From: the human T2T-CHM13v2.0 reference genome, Homo sapiens | DNA length: 64,000 bases | Reading direction: 5' to 3' (one strand) | Assembly (NCBI RefSeq): GCF_009914755.1 | Contig: NC_060930.1 | In this document: piece by piece, positions 14,729-29,539 of the stretch | How the letters are laid out: each line of letters starts with the position of its first letter | How positions within the stretch are numbered: the stretch's first letter is position 1 | Position numbers and translations under genes: made by a program | Notes under the pieces: generated by a model | Seen by the model: the letters and a program-made list of their open reading frames with translations, nothing else | Databases searched by the model: none | What the model was told of the DNA's origin: nothing

Positions 14729-15315
14729 GGCCGGGTGCAGGGGCTCACGCCTGTAATCCTAGCACTTTGGGAGGCCAAGGCAGGTGGTTTGCCTGAAGTC
14801 AGGAGTTCGAGACCAGCCTGACCAACATGGAGAAACCCCATCTCTACTAAAAATACAAAAATTACCTGTAATCCTAACACTCTGGGAGGCCAAGGTGGGT
14901 GATCACCTGAGGTTGGGAGTTCGAGGCCAGCCTGACCAACATGGAGAAACCCTGTCTCTACTAAAAATACAAAATTAGCTGGGCATGGTGACACAAGCCT
15001 GTAACCCCAGCCACTCGGGAGGCTGAGGCAAAAGAATCACTTTGAACCCGGGAGGCGGAGTTTGCAGTGAGCCGAGATCACGCCATTGCACTCCAACCTG
15101 GGCAACAAGAGCAAACCTCTGTCTCAAAAAAAAAAAAAAATACAAAAATTAGCTGGGAGTGGTGGCAAGTGCCTGTAATCCCAGCTACTCTGGAGGCTGA
15201 GGCAGGAGAATCACTTGAACCTGGGGGACGGAGGTTGCAGTGAGCTGAGATTGGACCACTTCACTCCAGCCTGGGTGTAAGAGTGAAACTCTGTCTCGAA
15301 AAAAAAAAAAAGAAA
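14729..15315 (+). mobile_element. Nested Alus: a 5'-truncated Alu (14865-15135) inserted in the mid A-rich linker of another Alu
   Basis: Outer TSD gaaaattaagagta (14715-14728, 15316-15329); inner TSD aaaaatacaaaaatta (14849-14864, 15136-15151). Confidence 0.88.
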
Positions 15316-18300
15316 GAAAATTAAGAGTAAACAAGTATTTTAAAGAGGAGGAGGAAGAAATTTAGCCCTGTCAAATGCTGCTTAAAGATCAAATAGGACA
15401 AGAATGGGCACATGACCATGCTTTCAGGCAACATGAGTATCACTAATGACTCTAACAAGCAAAAGCAGTCTCAGCAGGGCAGAGAAGACAGACAGAAGCC
15501 CAGTTGGAGAGGGTCCAGAAATAAATGGGAAGTGAAGTATAGGCAAGAGGACAGACAACTCTTTTCAGGTAGTTTTTGTGGAAAAGGGGAGCACAGAAAT
15601 GGGAAATAGCTAGAAGGGATGAGAGTAAATGAAGGTCATTGTTTTATTTTAAGAGAGCAGATACTACAATGAACTGATGAGAATGATCTCATAGAGTTGG
15701 AAAAATCAGCGATGCTGTGGAAAGAAGAAAACTGCAAGTGCAATATACTTGAGATGGCAAGACAACAAGGCCTCAGGAAACAAATGGAGGACTGGCCTTT
15801 GGCAGAGACAGTAGAGCTCTGACTACAGTAACAGGAGGGAGGCCAAGGAATTAGGTGCAGATGCAGGCTGGCAGATATGACGTGGGAGAATGAGGCTGTA
15901 CTTGATTGGTTGGGTCTATTTACTCAGCGAAGTATGAGGAAGCTGAAAGTGAGAGCAAGGGAAGGGAATGTAGGAAGTTTGAGAAGAACCAAATTGGGAA
16001 ACAGTCATCTCTGACAGTGAGAAGGTGAACATACCAGAGAAGCGTATTAGGACTGTAAGTCTGCACTAAGTGCCCATTTGAAATATGCAGGCATGAGTCT
16101 ATAGTGAGTTCAATCATTTCAGTTAATATTTTACTCCAGCAATATTCAGCAGCCCAGCCATAGAGATAGAGTAGGTGGATGATCGAGTTTAACCAGAGGG
16201 GAAATTTTGCTGAGTATATGACAGAAAAAGAAATGGAAGGCTTAAATGGTGTTTCTTGACCACAGGTCCAACCCTACATGGGGCACAGTAGTTGCCAGCA
16301 GACAGAACTGATGGTTGAATGGTCATAGCCCCTCCAAATTTCCAACGCTCTAGAAAAACTTCTACTCCTATTTTCCCCTCTGTTTGGGCAATCTCTTTAT
16401 TTACTTTTCCTTTGTAGCAAATTAAACTCACAGATACTGATGTTTTTAATGAATACAATGCAAAAATCTGCTGCATAAATCTACTTTTGTTTTAATTGAT
16501 TTTTAATGACTTTTTTTGAAATTTTATTCTTTCATGATGAGGGTTGGATTTTAAACCATCTCTGTACGTAAATATATCTTCTTATTTGGATGGCAGATGA
16601 AAGAGCCTTTTGATGAAAATAAACAAAAGAGCTCAAAATGACATCTTCTTCTTAAGTCTTTGCCAGGACAATTGAATAAATCATATTTTGTAAGGTGTTT
16701 AGCTTAATAGATCTGTCTGGATTTCAAATGTATGTAAAATGCTTTTTTAAACAAAAGGCACTACCACATTGATCTTTTTTTGGCAATTTGCCTTGAAAAA
16801 TAGATGCAACCAGAATTACCCCTTTTATTTTAACAAACCTTTGAAAATGCACTTAAAATTTACTTTCTGTAGGCAAAAACATTTGATAGAAAAGATGCTA
16901 ATTATGCCAATCACATGGCAAATGGAAACTTTTTAATAAGCAGCTTTCTCTTATAGTCTTAAAGCTACAGTTTATTTCAGAATAAGTCTTAAATACAACC
17001 CAAGGTGAGTAGTTTGAGAAAATATAAATGATTGCTTGTGTTCACAGATTAGATTTTCTGGCCAAATTCCCTAGTTTGGCAGTTTTAGCCCATGGTAATA
17101 TCAAATGAGATTCCAGGCAAGCAGAGTGAACTGCAAAGAAACCCTGGCTTTCTCTCATAACCTAACCCCCCACATTAGAAAAAAATGACTGTGAACAAAT
17201 CTGTCAAAACCAGGACCTTCACTATAGAATAACCACCCAAGACCCAAAGCATAAACAACCACTCATTCTATTGTACTCTTTTTAACAATAAGAACACCTG
17301 AATCATTAATGCATGTTTTTTTCTTCTTTGAGCTCCTAGAAACCAATTGCATTTTTAAAGCTAGTGTATACCTGAGACTAGTATAATTACAGGCTACCAT
17401 TCTATGACATTTTAATGATCCAAAGATCCCAAAATAAAGAACAGGGCTGGTTTTTTATTTTTAGTATTTTAGCATGAAGAAATGAAGCTACACTTTAGGA
17501 GGCTGCTGTGTTGGAAGAAATTTCAGCTGCCAAATAAGTCATCTAGAAGCAGTATTCTGTAGCAACCCAGGATACCTAGAGTCCAGAATCAACACACTGC
17601 AGCTGCATTCAATAGCAGCGCCACAACACAAGCCCAAGAGGATGGAAAATGTGACCGGTTACACCACAGATGAATATGGAAGACAATGAACAATGAATAC
17701 TGAGTGGTGAAAGTAGGGGGCAGGGCAGAAGAAGACACATCCCCCAACACAAAGCAGACAACAAAATGACGACTACATCAGTTCTGGGAACCAACGGACA
17801 GGACCAAAATTATGTAGAAACTAGGTCATTCTGAAAAATGAATACTAACGCCCAACATCGGGCTCTTAAGAAAAGAAAGAAGCTAAATTTGAGCCTTTGA
17901 GAGTTCATATTTTAAAGAGAATACTTAGTTGTTGGCAAAGAATTGTTCTCTAAAAGGTCTGAAAGTAATAAGTAAAATTTGAACTTCTTATTCCTTAACA
18001 TCAAAGAGTATCATTCTTTCATTCTTTCCTGGGTAAAAGGGAAAAAATAATCAGCATCTTTTGAAGTATGCAGATGAAAGGGCTAGGTGGGGAGGAATGA
18101 TAATTTGGGTGATCAACCTTATCTGTCATCAGCATGATTAATTTTAATACATTTTGTTAGTATAAATATTCCTAAAGCAACAATGTAATAACTGTGTTAT
18201 ACATATTATCATACTTAGGTTAAAATCACTAGGCTGCAGCCAGACTTTCTGGGCTCAAATCCTGGCTTTATCACATATTAGCCATGCAACCTTTGCAGGT

Positions 18301-18389
18301 CATTGAGTGTAGCTGTGCTGCACTTTTCTTTTCCACAGAATGAGGATACTTTTCTAGTTGAGAGGATTATTTAATTACTCCATGTAAAG

Positions 18390-18870
18390 CACTATATCAA
18401 CAAGGACCCCAATAGGAAATAGATGGCATACTCCATTCATAGAGGGTCTTGTGACAAAGATGTGTGTGTGTATATACAGGGGAACCACAAAGCATAGTGC
18501 TGAAACCTGCGGCTAGCAGTAGATTTGTTAACCCCCGTAGGCCTGAAAGGTTACTGGAATCCAAAAGGAGTGAGAAAGTTCTACAGAATAGGTGGTCTTG
18601 AGAAGGAACTCATCTTCAGTCTGGAGAAACTGCCAATCCAGGGTGACCTTGCAGGGGAGAATGCAAGGGGGAAACATATTTTGAGTTCACTGTCCTCCCC
18701 TCTGATCTCCTGCTGGGGTTTCCCATTGGCTGACCCCACTGGGAGGCCAGAGGGCAGGAGGCAGGTTACTGAGCCCACACAGGTCAGCCTACCAGGACAG
18801 ACAGCAGATGGAGAAGGGAAGACAGGAGATCTCTTCATGGCAGGGCAAATGAAGAGATCCCACTCAAGCA
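18390..18870. mobile_element. Probable ancient ERVL-type LTR fragment
   Basis: LTR-like motif 'ttcccattggctgaccccactgggaggccagagggcaggag'; family not resolved. Confidence 0.4.
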
Positions 18871-19396
18871 CTTCACTGTACTGGGAAACACCTGATGACT
18901 ACACATCTTACTTTTGCCAAATATATATCGCTGTAATGAATGTAATTACATCATATTAATCAGTACCAGTTGTGAGGATAAATGCACCGAGATAGAAGTT
19001 CACATGAATAGAACCCTATTTTCATTTGATAGATATCGGCCAGGAACTCATTGTTTATTCAATATATTGTGGCCCAGGAGAAAAGAATGAGAAAAGAAGT
19101 ACCACAGGAACGAGTAGTAGCCTTTCTCAGATTTCCCAAGAAGCTGCCACAGCATTTGTAATCAAGCCAAACCCATAAAGAGAAGTGTGGTAAGGTACAC
19201 CTCTGAGACATATTCCCCAGAGCCTTGGGCTTGTGCAATAAAAACAAATGGAGAGTCATGAGGAGGAAGTGGAGAACTGTATACAATCTGGCTTTTTATT
19301 TATTGTGAATAAAGATGATCTAAGTCTGAAGGATATTCACTGTAGAAAATTCTTAGAAATAGCAACCTGCAATCCACTTTCTTAGCTCAACACTTA

Positions 19397-20036
<640 letters not shown>

Positions 20037-20099
20037 AAAAATGCAAAATGCAAGCATTAAACATCAGGTCAGTCATGAATTCTGCTGTCATATAATTTA

Positions 20100-20418
20100 T
20101 TTTTTGTTTTTCTTTTTTTTCAGAGGGCCAGGGTCTCACTCTGTCACCCAGGCCCGTGCAGTGGCACAAACATGGCTCACTGCATCACTGCAGCCTTGAC
20201 CTCCTGGACTCAAGGGATCCTCCCCACTCAGCCTCCCAAGTAACTGGACCCACAGGCATACACCTCCATGCTAAGCTAATTTTTAAAATTTTTGTAGAGA
20301 CCATGTCTTGCTATGTTGCCCAGGCTGGTCTTAAACTCCTGGGCTCAGGCAATCTTTCCACCTCAGCCTCCAAAAGTGCCGGAATTAAAAACTTCAGGTG
20401 TCAACCATCGCACCCAGT
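20100..20418 (-). mobile_element. AluJ-like element
   Basis: Reverse-strand dimeric Alu with T-rich tail. Confidence 0.85.
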
Positions 20419-21462
20419 CAGTACAGGTTAACAATAATGTACATTTCAGTATATATTTGGTTATGAAGCCAAACATAATGAAAGGTGCCATTTTAAATTT
20501 TATTTAAAAATCACATTTTTAATTATCTAATTAATTCAAATACAAGAAAGTGTGTGTCATTTGCTAAATAGGGAAAAGTCAAAACATTTCTTGCTATTTA
20601 TATAATGTGAATATTATTACATTTTATTAGGATAAACTATATAATGTAACATTTACTAATACAGTGATATAAACTAAAATAATGCTTCCTTTTATCTGTA
20701 TGCCAAATGATTACATAATTTAAAACTTCCCGAAGGGAGTTTTCAATAATATATTATAGTGAAAGAGTGAGAGTATCGGAAAGGGTGGTAGGCACTGATG
20801 CAAAGTAACGATGTCAATGGCACTAGGGAAATAGGAAGAGGACAATTCTGGAAAGTTCCTGCATATGAGTCCTTGAATAAGGAACTTATACTTCATTCTG
20901 CAGACAATAGTAAGTCACTGAAGGAGGGAAAGAGTAGAATTGGTACAATATTTCTGAATGATTAACCAGGCAGTGCAAGATGGCCTGGACAGGGAGTGTC
21001 TAGAGCAGGAGGCTGGGTGGGCAAGTGGGTGGGCAGAAACCTGAATGAGGGCAGTGTAGGGAACAGACAAGCAGGGACAGACAGGAGGGAGAAGGGGAAG
21101 GGGAAGTAAAGATGAGGAGGGAAGGAGGGAAAGATCCCCCTGTGGAAGAAGAATGAACAGGAATTGTTATTGTCCAGGACAAGAGTAAAGGAGGACTCAA
21201 GGTAACCTAGGAGTGTCAAGCATAATAAACACTGCTGTGCCACCAACAGGAGACAGCTCAAGAAGAGTGGCCAATGGGGGACTGCAGGTAAGCTGAGAAA
21301 CCAGCAAGGGGAGAACAGAGCAGGATCCAGATGGAAATGGCTGCAGGCAGAGGAAAATGCAGCCACAGAAGAGTGTCCTCTGCGTAGTTCAGTGCACTGA
21401 TGGAGATGTGAACTTCAGCAAAGGAAATTTACAGACAAGGTTGCAGGCATAAGGGTTTTACA

Positions 21463-21642
21463 TAGGGTTGTCCAATAAAATACAGTTAAATTTGAATTTC
21501 AGAGAAACAATGAATAATTTTATGGGTATGACCCATGCAACATTTGGGACATATTTATACTAAAAACGTGTTCACCATTTATCTGAAATTCACATTTAAC
21601 TGGGAGTCCTATATTTTTCATTTTCTAAATCTGGCAACCCTG
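21463..21642. mobile_element. MER53 palindromic hAT-type MITE
   Basis: TIRs tagggttg...caaccctg; internal palindrome cagttaaatttgaatttcaga / tctgaaattcacatttaactg. Confidence 0.8.
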
Positions 21643-22572
21643 GTTGGAACTGAATTAGGAGATAAACTTCTGAAAAAAGCAAACTTAGCTGGAAACAAAG
21701 CTCCATGTAGTAAGGATAGTAAAGAGAAATATTTCTGAGAGAAGAGTAAAGGAAGAAAGGCTAAGAAAAAAGATACACGCATTTGAGGTAGCAGAAACGG
21801 AAAAGCTCCCTTATGATAACCTTTCTCAAAACAAGTCAGTGTCGAAAATGCTCAGTGTGGAGTTAAATTAAGAGCCTAAGGGCAAGTGAATATATAAAAA
21901 CTTCTGCTCACTTTTGTAAGTTACATTTCTTGGAGGAAGGCTAAAGACCTTGAAGTTCCTTTCAACCCTAGGTTTCTGTGACTCAAGCTTTTCATGTATA
22001 AATGTTTCAATATTTTTGGCTACATAATTTTTTATATTATTAGAATTTCTATGTATGAAAACAGAACTGTGTTATTTAATGTAGCCATATAAATGACAAT
22101 CTTATAAAGATTGCTTGGTGGTGATTCCATTAATAAAAAGCAAAATGACTATTTAAGTTTTTATGAGAAAAACATGTTTACATAAGTAAAAGGCATCATT
22201 AAGAGAAAAGCTATTGTTAGAAGAAAATATTAGCATCAAATGGAACAGTGAAAATCTGTCAGTTTAAAACATATCACTTTGGCGGAAAAATACTACATAA
22301 CTGCACTGGTGCCTCATCCTGAAGACCTTGGGAACTGCAGACTTGCTGGGTTGATCCAGTTCCTGTAGGACTGAGATAGAAAATGAGATATGAATTCTCA
22401 CTTCTTACAGTCACCGTGTAACACCGTGGCCAATTTAACAGAATACAGGATACATTTCTATTAAAAAACAAAAACCAACCAAAAGGAACAAATCAAGACT
22501 AACGTGTTAATTAACAATACAAGGGAAAACATTTGGAAGATACTACTCCAGATAAAAACATAGATTTCTTCA

Positions 22573-22667
22573 CCTGAACGTGGGAGGCGGAGGTTGCAGT
22601 GAGCTGAGATCTCGCCACTGCACTCCAGCCTGGCAACAGAGCGAGACTCCGTTTCAAAACAAAAACA
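22573..22667 (+). mobile_element. Severely 5'-truncated Alu (3' ~90 nt) with TSD
   Basis: Alu right-arm 3' end with (CAAAAA)n tail, flanked by aaaaacatagatt(t)cttca on both sides. Confidence 0.85.
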
Positions 22668-24025
22668 AAAACATAGATTCTTCAGCATTCAGGAAATAAC
22701 TCTTTACTGTGTACAGAAAAAACGTAAATCATCATCCTCAGAACATCTCAACCTGGTCAATAAAGAACTTGCAAACAAACCTGTCTCCCCTGCCCTGATT
22801 CTTCTCATTTTTATCTTCCAATATTTTGGTAGAGCAAGAAACCAACAAAAGCTCAAACTTAAAACTAAAGAAAATCAGCTTGTCTGTACTCACTTTTAAA
22901 CAATCACCTAACTTTCCCCAAAGTAAATATTGCTATTCTTTTCATAACATGATGGTCACATGGAGACACTGTGCAGTCTGGTTTTGTTTGAGGTCACTAT
23001 AATAGATATTCAGAATCACGCACAGGAAGAATTACATTGTGGAAGCTTTGCACTCACTTGTTGCTGGTACTTCTAATCTTAGGTTGACAACATCAGGTAA
23101 GTTGCCAAGTACTTCCTCAATAAGCTAAAACTGTGATAGAATGATGGTTATATCATTGAGATACTTCTGAACCTCCATTCATTACTTATTTTGTCAAGTA
23201 ATTTCTAAGGAGAAACATTTTTACCATACCTATACTTTGATAAATTTACTGATGGTTAATTAATAAACAACCCTATTGTACTCTTACTCGTCCTTAAAGG
23301 ATTTGCAATACATGAGATGAAACAGAAGAGTTATCCTCCATATTTTTTTTCATTAGAGAAGAGTATACTGTACTTAATATAAAAAAGCCTCACTTTTAAA
23401 AGTCATATAGCAATGCACCTGCTAGTTAGGATAGAAATGAAGTAGCCTTTCAGCATCAAAAATATAACTATCATAAACAACTCTCACCTATCAATTCCCT
23501 CAGGGAAGAATGGATTCACTTAGGTGGTAATGAAAGGGCATGACTCAGTAGTGGTCACACATGGAACTGGCGTACAGCTGCGCTGCCCAGATCAATGTAC
23601 GCATATGCCCCTGGGAGGTTGGTACTATGAGAATATCCTCCAGGAGCCACTTTGTTTTAGCTCGTCTGACTGAGGCCTTAAACAAGGAAAGGAAGAGAGC
23701 TGTTAAGGGCACCACAGTAGCGCAAATCCAGAGATATTAAGACTTTCCTAACTCAAGTCACAAGGTCTTCCAGCTCAATAACTAATGCTTGATGCATATC
23801 TTAGGAGATAAAGTGTGAGGGAGAGATGCCTGGCTGCCTCCCAGTAGTTATTCTCTCCTTCTCTAGTAACAAAACCCCAGATTTTAATTGGGTACACTGT
23901 CACCCAACTAAAAGAATTACATTTCCCTGAGTCACTTACAGCTTGGTATTGCCATGTGACTAAGTTATGGCTAATGAGCTCTATGTGGTGTGTGTAACTG
24001 TCAATAATTATCTTTAAAAAGGTCC

Positions 24026-26810
24026 TCAGGGACTACTATGAACATCTCTATGCACATAAACTAGAAAATCTAGAGAAAATAGATAAATCCTAGAAACACA
24101 CAATCTCCCAAGACTGAAACAGGAAGAAACAGAAATCTTGAAAAGACCAATAATGAGTTCCAAAATGGAATCAGTAATAAAAAAAAAATCTACCAACCAA
24201 AAGAGTCCTGAGCCAGAAGGATTTATAGCAGAATTCTACCAGATGTACAAAGAAGAGCTGGTACCATTTCTACTAAAACTATTCCAAAAAATTGAGGAGG
24301 AAGGACTCCTTCCTAACTCATTCTACAAAACCAGCATCATCCTGATACCAAAATCTGGCAAAGACACAACAAAAAAGAAAACTATAAGCCAATATCCCTG
24401 AAGAACATAGATGCAAAAATCCTCAAGAAAATACCAGCAAACCAAATCCAGCAGTACATCTAAAAGTTAATTCACCATGATCAGTTGGATCTTATTCCTG
24501 GGATGCAAAGATGATTCAACATACACAAATCAATAAATGTGATTCACCAAGTAGAATTAAAAACAAAAACCATATGATCATCTCAATAGATATGGAAAAA
24601 GCATCCAATAAAATCCAACATCCCTTCATGGTAAAAAAAAAAACCCTCAACAAATGAGGCATCAAAAGAATACCTCAAAATAATAAAAGCCATCTATGAC
24701 AAACCCACAGCCAACATCATACTGAATGGGCAAAAGGTGGAAGCATTCCCCTTAAGAACTGCAACAAGGCAAGGATGTCCACTCTCACCACTCCTGCTCA
24801 ACATAGGACTGGAAGTCCCACCCAGAACAGTCAGGCAAAAGAAAGAAATAAAAGGCGTCCAAACAGAAAAAGAAGAAGTCAAATTATTTCTTCACTGATG
24901 ATATGTTTCTATACCTAGAAAACCTTAAGGATTCTGCCGAAAGTCTCCTAGACCTGATAAATGACTTCAGCAAAGTCTCAGAATACATAAATCAATATAC
25001 AAAAATCACTATCATTTCTGTACACCAATAACATTCAAGCTGAGAACCAAATCAAGAATGCAATCCCATTTATAATAGCCACACACACCAAAAAAATACC
25101 TAGCACTAGATTTAGCCAAGGAGGTAAGATCTCTACAAGAAGAATGACAAGACACTGCTGAAAGAAATCATAGGTGATACAAACAAATGGAAAAGTATTC
25201 TATGTTCATGGATTGTAAGAATCAATATTACCAAAATGTCCATACTGCCCAAAGCAATCAAATAATTCAACACTTTTCCTATCAAATTACCAACATCATT
25301 TTTCACAGATTTAGAAAAAAACTATCCTAAAATTCATATGGAACCAAAAAAAAGCTCAAAGAGTCAAAACAATCCTAAGCAAAAAGAATAAAGCCAGAGG
25401 TATCACATTACCCAACTTCAAATTATACTACAAGGCTACAGTAATCAAAAAAGCATAGTACTATTACAAAAACAGACACACAGGCCAATGGAATACAATA
25501 GACACTCCTGAAATAAAGCTGCACACCTACAACCAACTGATTTTTGGCAAAGTTAACAAAAATAAACAATGGGGAAAGGATACCCTATTGAATAAATGGT
25601 GCTGGGAAAACTGGCTAACCATATGAAAAAGAATCAAACTGGACCCCTACCTCTCACCATATACAAAAATTAACTCAGTAGACTAAAAACTTAAATGAAA
25701 GGCCTCAAATGATAAAATTTCTGAAAGAAAACCTAGGAAATACCCTTCTAGACACTGGCTTAGGCAAGGAATTTATAACTTAAGTTCTCAAGAGCAAATG
25801 CAACAAAAACAAAAATTGACGATTGAACTAAAGAGCTTCTGCAAAGCAAAAGAAACTATCAACAGGGCAAACAGACAACCTACAGAGTGGAAGAAAATAT
25901 TTGTAAACTATGCATCTGATAAAGGACTAATATCCAGAATCTATAAGGAACTTAAAGAAATCAATAAGAAAAACACAAACAACCACATTGAAAAGTGGAC
26001 AAAGAACAAACACTTCTCAAAAGAAGATATACAAATGGGCAACCAAGATAAAAAATGCTCAACATTACTAATCATCAGAGTGATGCAAACCAAAACTACA
26101 ATAGGATACCATCTCACACCAGTCAGAATTGCTATTATTAAAAAGTCAGAAAATAACAGATGTCAAGGTTGCAGAGAAAAGGGAATCTTTCTACACTGTT
26201 CATGGGAATGCAAATTACTTCAGCCCCTGTGGAAAGCAATTTGGAGATTTCTCAAAGAACTAAAAATAGAATGACCTTTAGACCCAGAAAACCCAATACT
26301 GGGTATATACTCAAAAGAAAACAAATCATTCTACCAAAAAGACACCCACACTCGTATTCTCATCACAACACTATTCACAATGGCAAAGACATGGAATCAA
26401 CACAGGTGCCCATCAACGGTGGACTGGATAAAGAAAATGTGGTATATATACACCATGGAATACCACACAGCCATAAAAAAGAATGAAATCATGTCCTTTG
26501 CAGCAGCATTATCCTAAGTGAGTTAACACAGAAACAGAAAATCAAATGCCACATGTTCTCACGTGTAAGTGGGAGCTAGGCATTGGGTATACAAAGACAC
26601 AAAGATGGGAACAATAAGCACTGGGGATTCCAAAAAGGGGGAGTGGAGGGGAGGAAGGAGGAAGAGGAACAAGAGTTGAAAATCTACCTGTTGGGTACTA
26701 TGTTCACTGCTTGGGCAATGGAATTATTAGAAGCCCAAACCTCAGAACCACGTAATATACCCATGTTATACACCCGCACATGTACCCCTGAATCTAAAAT
26801 TTAAAAATAA
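24026..26810 (+). mobile_element. 5'-truncated older primate L1 (L1PB / L1PA15-17-like), ORF2 RT and C-terminus plus 3' UTR, inserted in an MLT1-like LTR (~23815-24025 and ~26830-27110)
   Basis: ORF fragments 24138-24401 and 25798-26274 translate to L1 ORF2p (e.g. '[31 protein letters not shown]'); multiple stops and frameshifts; L1 3' UTR and A tail. Confidence 0.9.
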
Positions 26811-27180
26811 TAGTACTAAACATTCTCTTTAAAAATGAGGGGCTCCAAACTTCTTCTCCCACTTTTTCCTTCCTGTTGCCTAGAAGGTGCATAATTGAGC
26901 TGGAGTTCAAGCGGCCATCCTGTGTCACAAGCTGATGTGATAAAGATGGTGCAACGGCAAGGGAGAAGGAGCTTGAGTCCCTAGTGACCAGAAAGCTGCC
27001 AATACAGCCTTGGACTGCCTACCTGCAGGTTTCTTGTATGTGAAATAGTAAGTGGTTATGACTTTAAGTCACTATTGTCTTAAGTTTTTCTTCACTGATG
27101 AATCTACACCTCACAGATTTCAACTAGAATGTGTGTGTGTGTGTATAGTATATAATATATAAATATATATATTATAAAAC

Positions 27181-27359
27181 AGCTAACATAAACTAGGCTC
27201 CTACTAGGTGTCAGGCTGTAAATACTTTGAGATATTGTGTATGTCTGTGTATCTCAAAGTTTGTGTGTGTGTGTACAGTGTAAATACTGGACACACACAC
27301 ACACACATCTCAAAGTATTCACAGCCTGAAACATAGTAGGAACCTCATACATGTTAGCT
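27181..27359. repeat. Inverted repeat (~55-60 bp arms) with (TG)n/(CA)n spacer
   Basis: 27181-27240 pairs with the reverse complement of 27301-27359. Confidence 0.85.
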
Positions 27360-28028
27360 CTTTTTTAAATCTAGTATAACTACAATCAACTCAAAATGTA
27401 TAGGTATCTGTAAACCTCCCATGGTTAGACAGATGGCAGAATTAGAAAAAAAAAATTGTTAGATGCCACAGGTACAGCCAAAATGTGAACAAGCCCTACT
27501 CTTTTTTATTTTCTATAGTCATCTCTAAAAGTCCTCAAGCCTGAAATATCTCCTAGGTATCTTCTAATTGATTTGGGTTTGTTTACTTTTCCTATTAACC
27601 CAAAGTGGAGGTTTATCTGCCAAGTTTGTTTTCTTATCTCTCTTCTCTGGCATCACCAACTTCTGTCCTTTGGTGAAACCTCTCCCTATTTCCAAATGGT
27701 GCAGATAGGACTGACAATCAGGTTGAGGAAGCCAAGGTAATCAGAGTGCTCCATGCCTCTAGTGACAGTGATTGGTCTGGGGATGGGGATGTGACTCCAG
27801 AATCCTCATATGGAAATTCTACTGAAGCTAGTAGAAAGGACAATGTCCTGTCTTAAGGGTCGTGGTTCATAAGCCTATCAGGTTGGTGCTGTCGGCCACA
27901 TGGAGGAAACTGAGACTGAAGTCAACATATTTTTAGACTTCCCAGTTATGTAAGCCAATAAATTCCCTTTTGCAGGGGGTTTCCATCTCTTGTCATTGAA
28001 AAAGATCTCAAGACTAATATTAGACTAA

Positions 28029-28353
<325 letters not shown>

Positions 28354-29539
28354 TAGACTGATCATTTTTCTATGTGACCTAACAAGTTCACTGGCATATT
28401 AAGGATAAAACAGATTGGGAAACTACAGCATCAACAACTTTTCAGTGTCTATCTTAATATCTCCTTAGCACCTTACATTGTTTACTCATATAATATTACT
28501 CATATAATTATTAATATCACATGGAAATTGGGAAATCTTTGCAGCATGACTTCATCTAATATAGATATGAGACTATTGCCATGATTTTCATCCTTCTAAT
28601 TATTTTTCAAGAAGCTAATTCAGTTTTTACATATCAACATTTAGAAAATGACTTTGGCTTGCTACTTAAATGTTACATTATTCTTGTGGCTTCCTTGGAA
28701 ATCCAGATTTTCATGTACTGATAGAAATACTTCCTCTACCAGATACATAAACATAGCATAGCAGCTTTCAGCACAATTTCTCTCATTAAAGAAGCAATTC
28801 CATTTTTTAAAAAGAATCATACAAAAGAAGTTTGTTATTTTATTTAAAAAGGATACTGCCTAGTTGTAACATTAAACCTGATTTTTGTCTCAGTAAGAAG
28901 AAAATGTGGTGTTCTTATGATAAAGTAAACACAACTTAAATTATAAGAAAAAGAAATATTGATTGCCAAAGATTCTAGTGCTTGAGAGTGAATACAAGTT
29001 AGTAAACATACATTTAAATCTCGACAGAGCCATAGATGAAGAATATTTTATTTATGAATAAGAATAATTCCTGACACAATTGGCTAGGCACCGAAACTCA
29101 GAGTGAAAACACAGACACTCCCAAGTGAAAATATACTGTACTTCTATTATCATTTAGATTGAGGCAAAATAGGGTTTCCTAAGAAATAAATATTCTTAAC
29201 AAGCAAATAAAGAATTCAGCCATTGGGGTTTTCTTATTTTACAACTGTTTTAGCTTTTATAACAAAGTTTTTAGCACTCTGAAAGCTTTTTATGGCTCTA
29301 AATATGCTACAATTACATGAACAACACTATTTAATTAGCACACATTCAGTGCATGGCTCTATAATGGGAATTTTCATTAATTAAAATCAATGGAAATACA
29401 AAAGCAGTAGCTGTAAACAATTTGAGGAATCAAGAATCTAATTTGCCTATTGCACAACAAGGAAAAACACCTTGCAGTTATGTGAATAATTTTGGCTTGC
29501 GTAGCAGCTGCATGTCTAACTGGTAGTTTCAGGCTTCAT

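Noticed and set aside
18525-18959. 144-aa ORF
   Set aside because: It has a non-ATG start, lies within an LTR-like remnant and has no recognisable protein similarity.
22275-22390. Possible cryptic KIF6 exon after the acceptor tctcattttctatctcag
   Set aside because: I found no convincing downstream donor.
24138-26804. L1 ORF2-like ORFs as an active reverse transcriptase
   Set aside because: The element is 5'-truncated with many stops and frameshifts.
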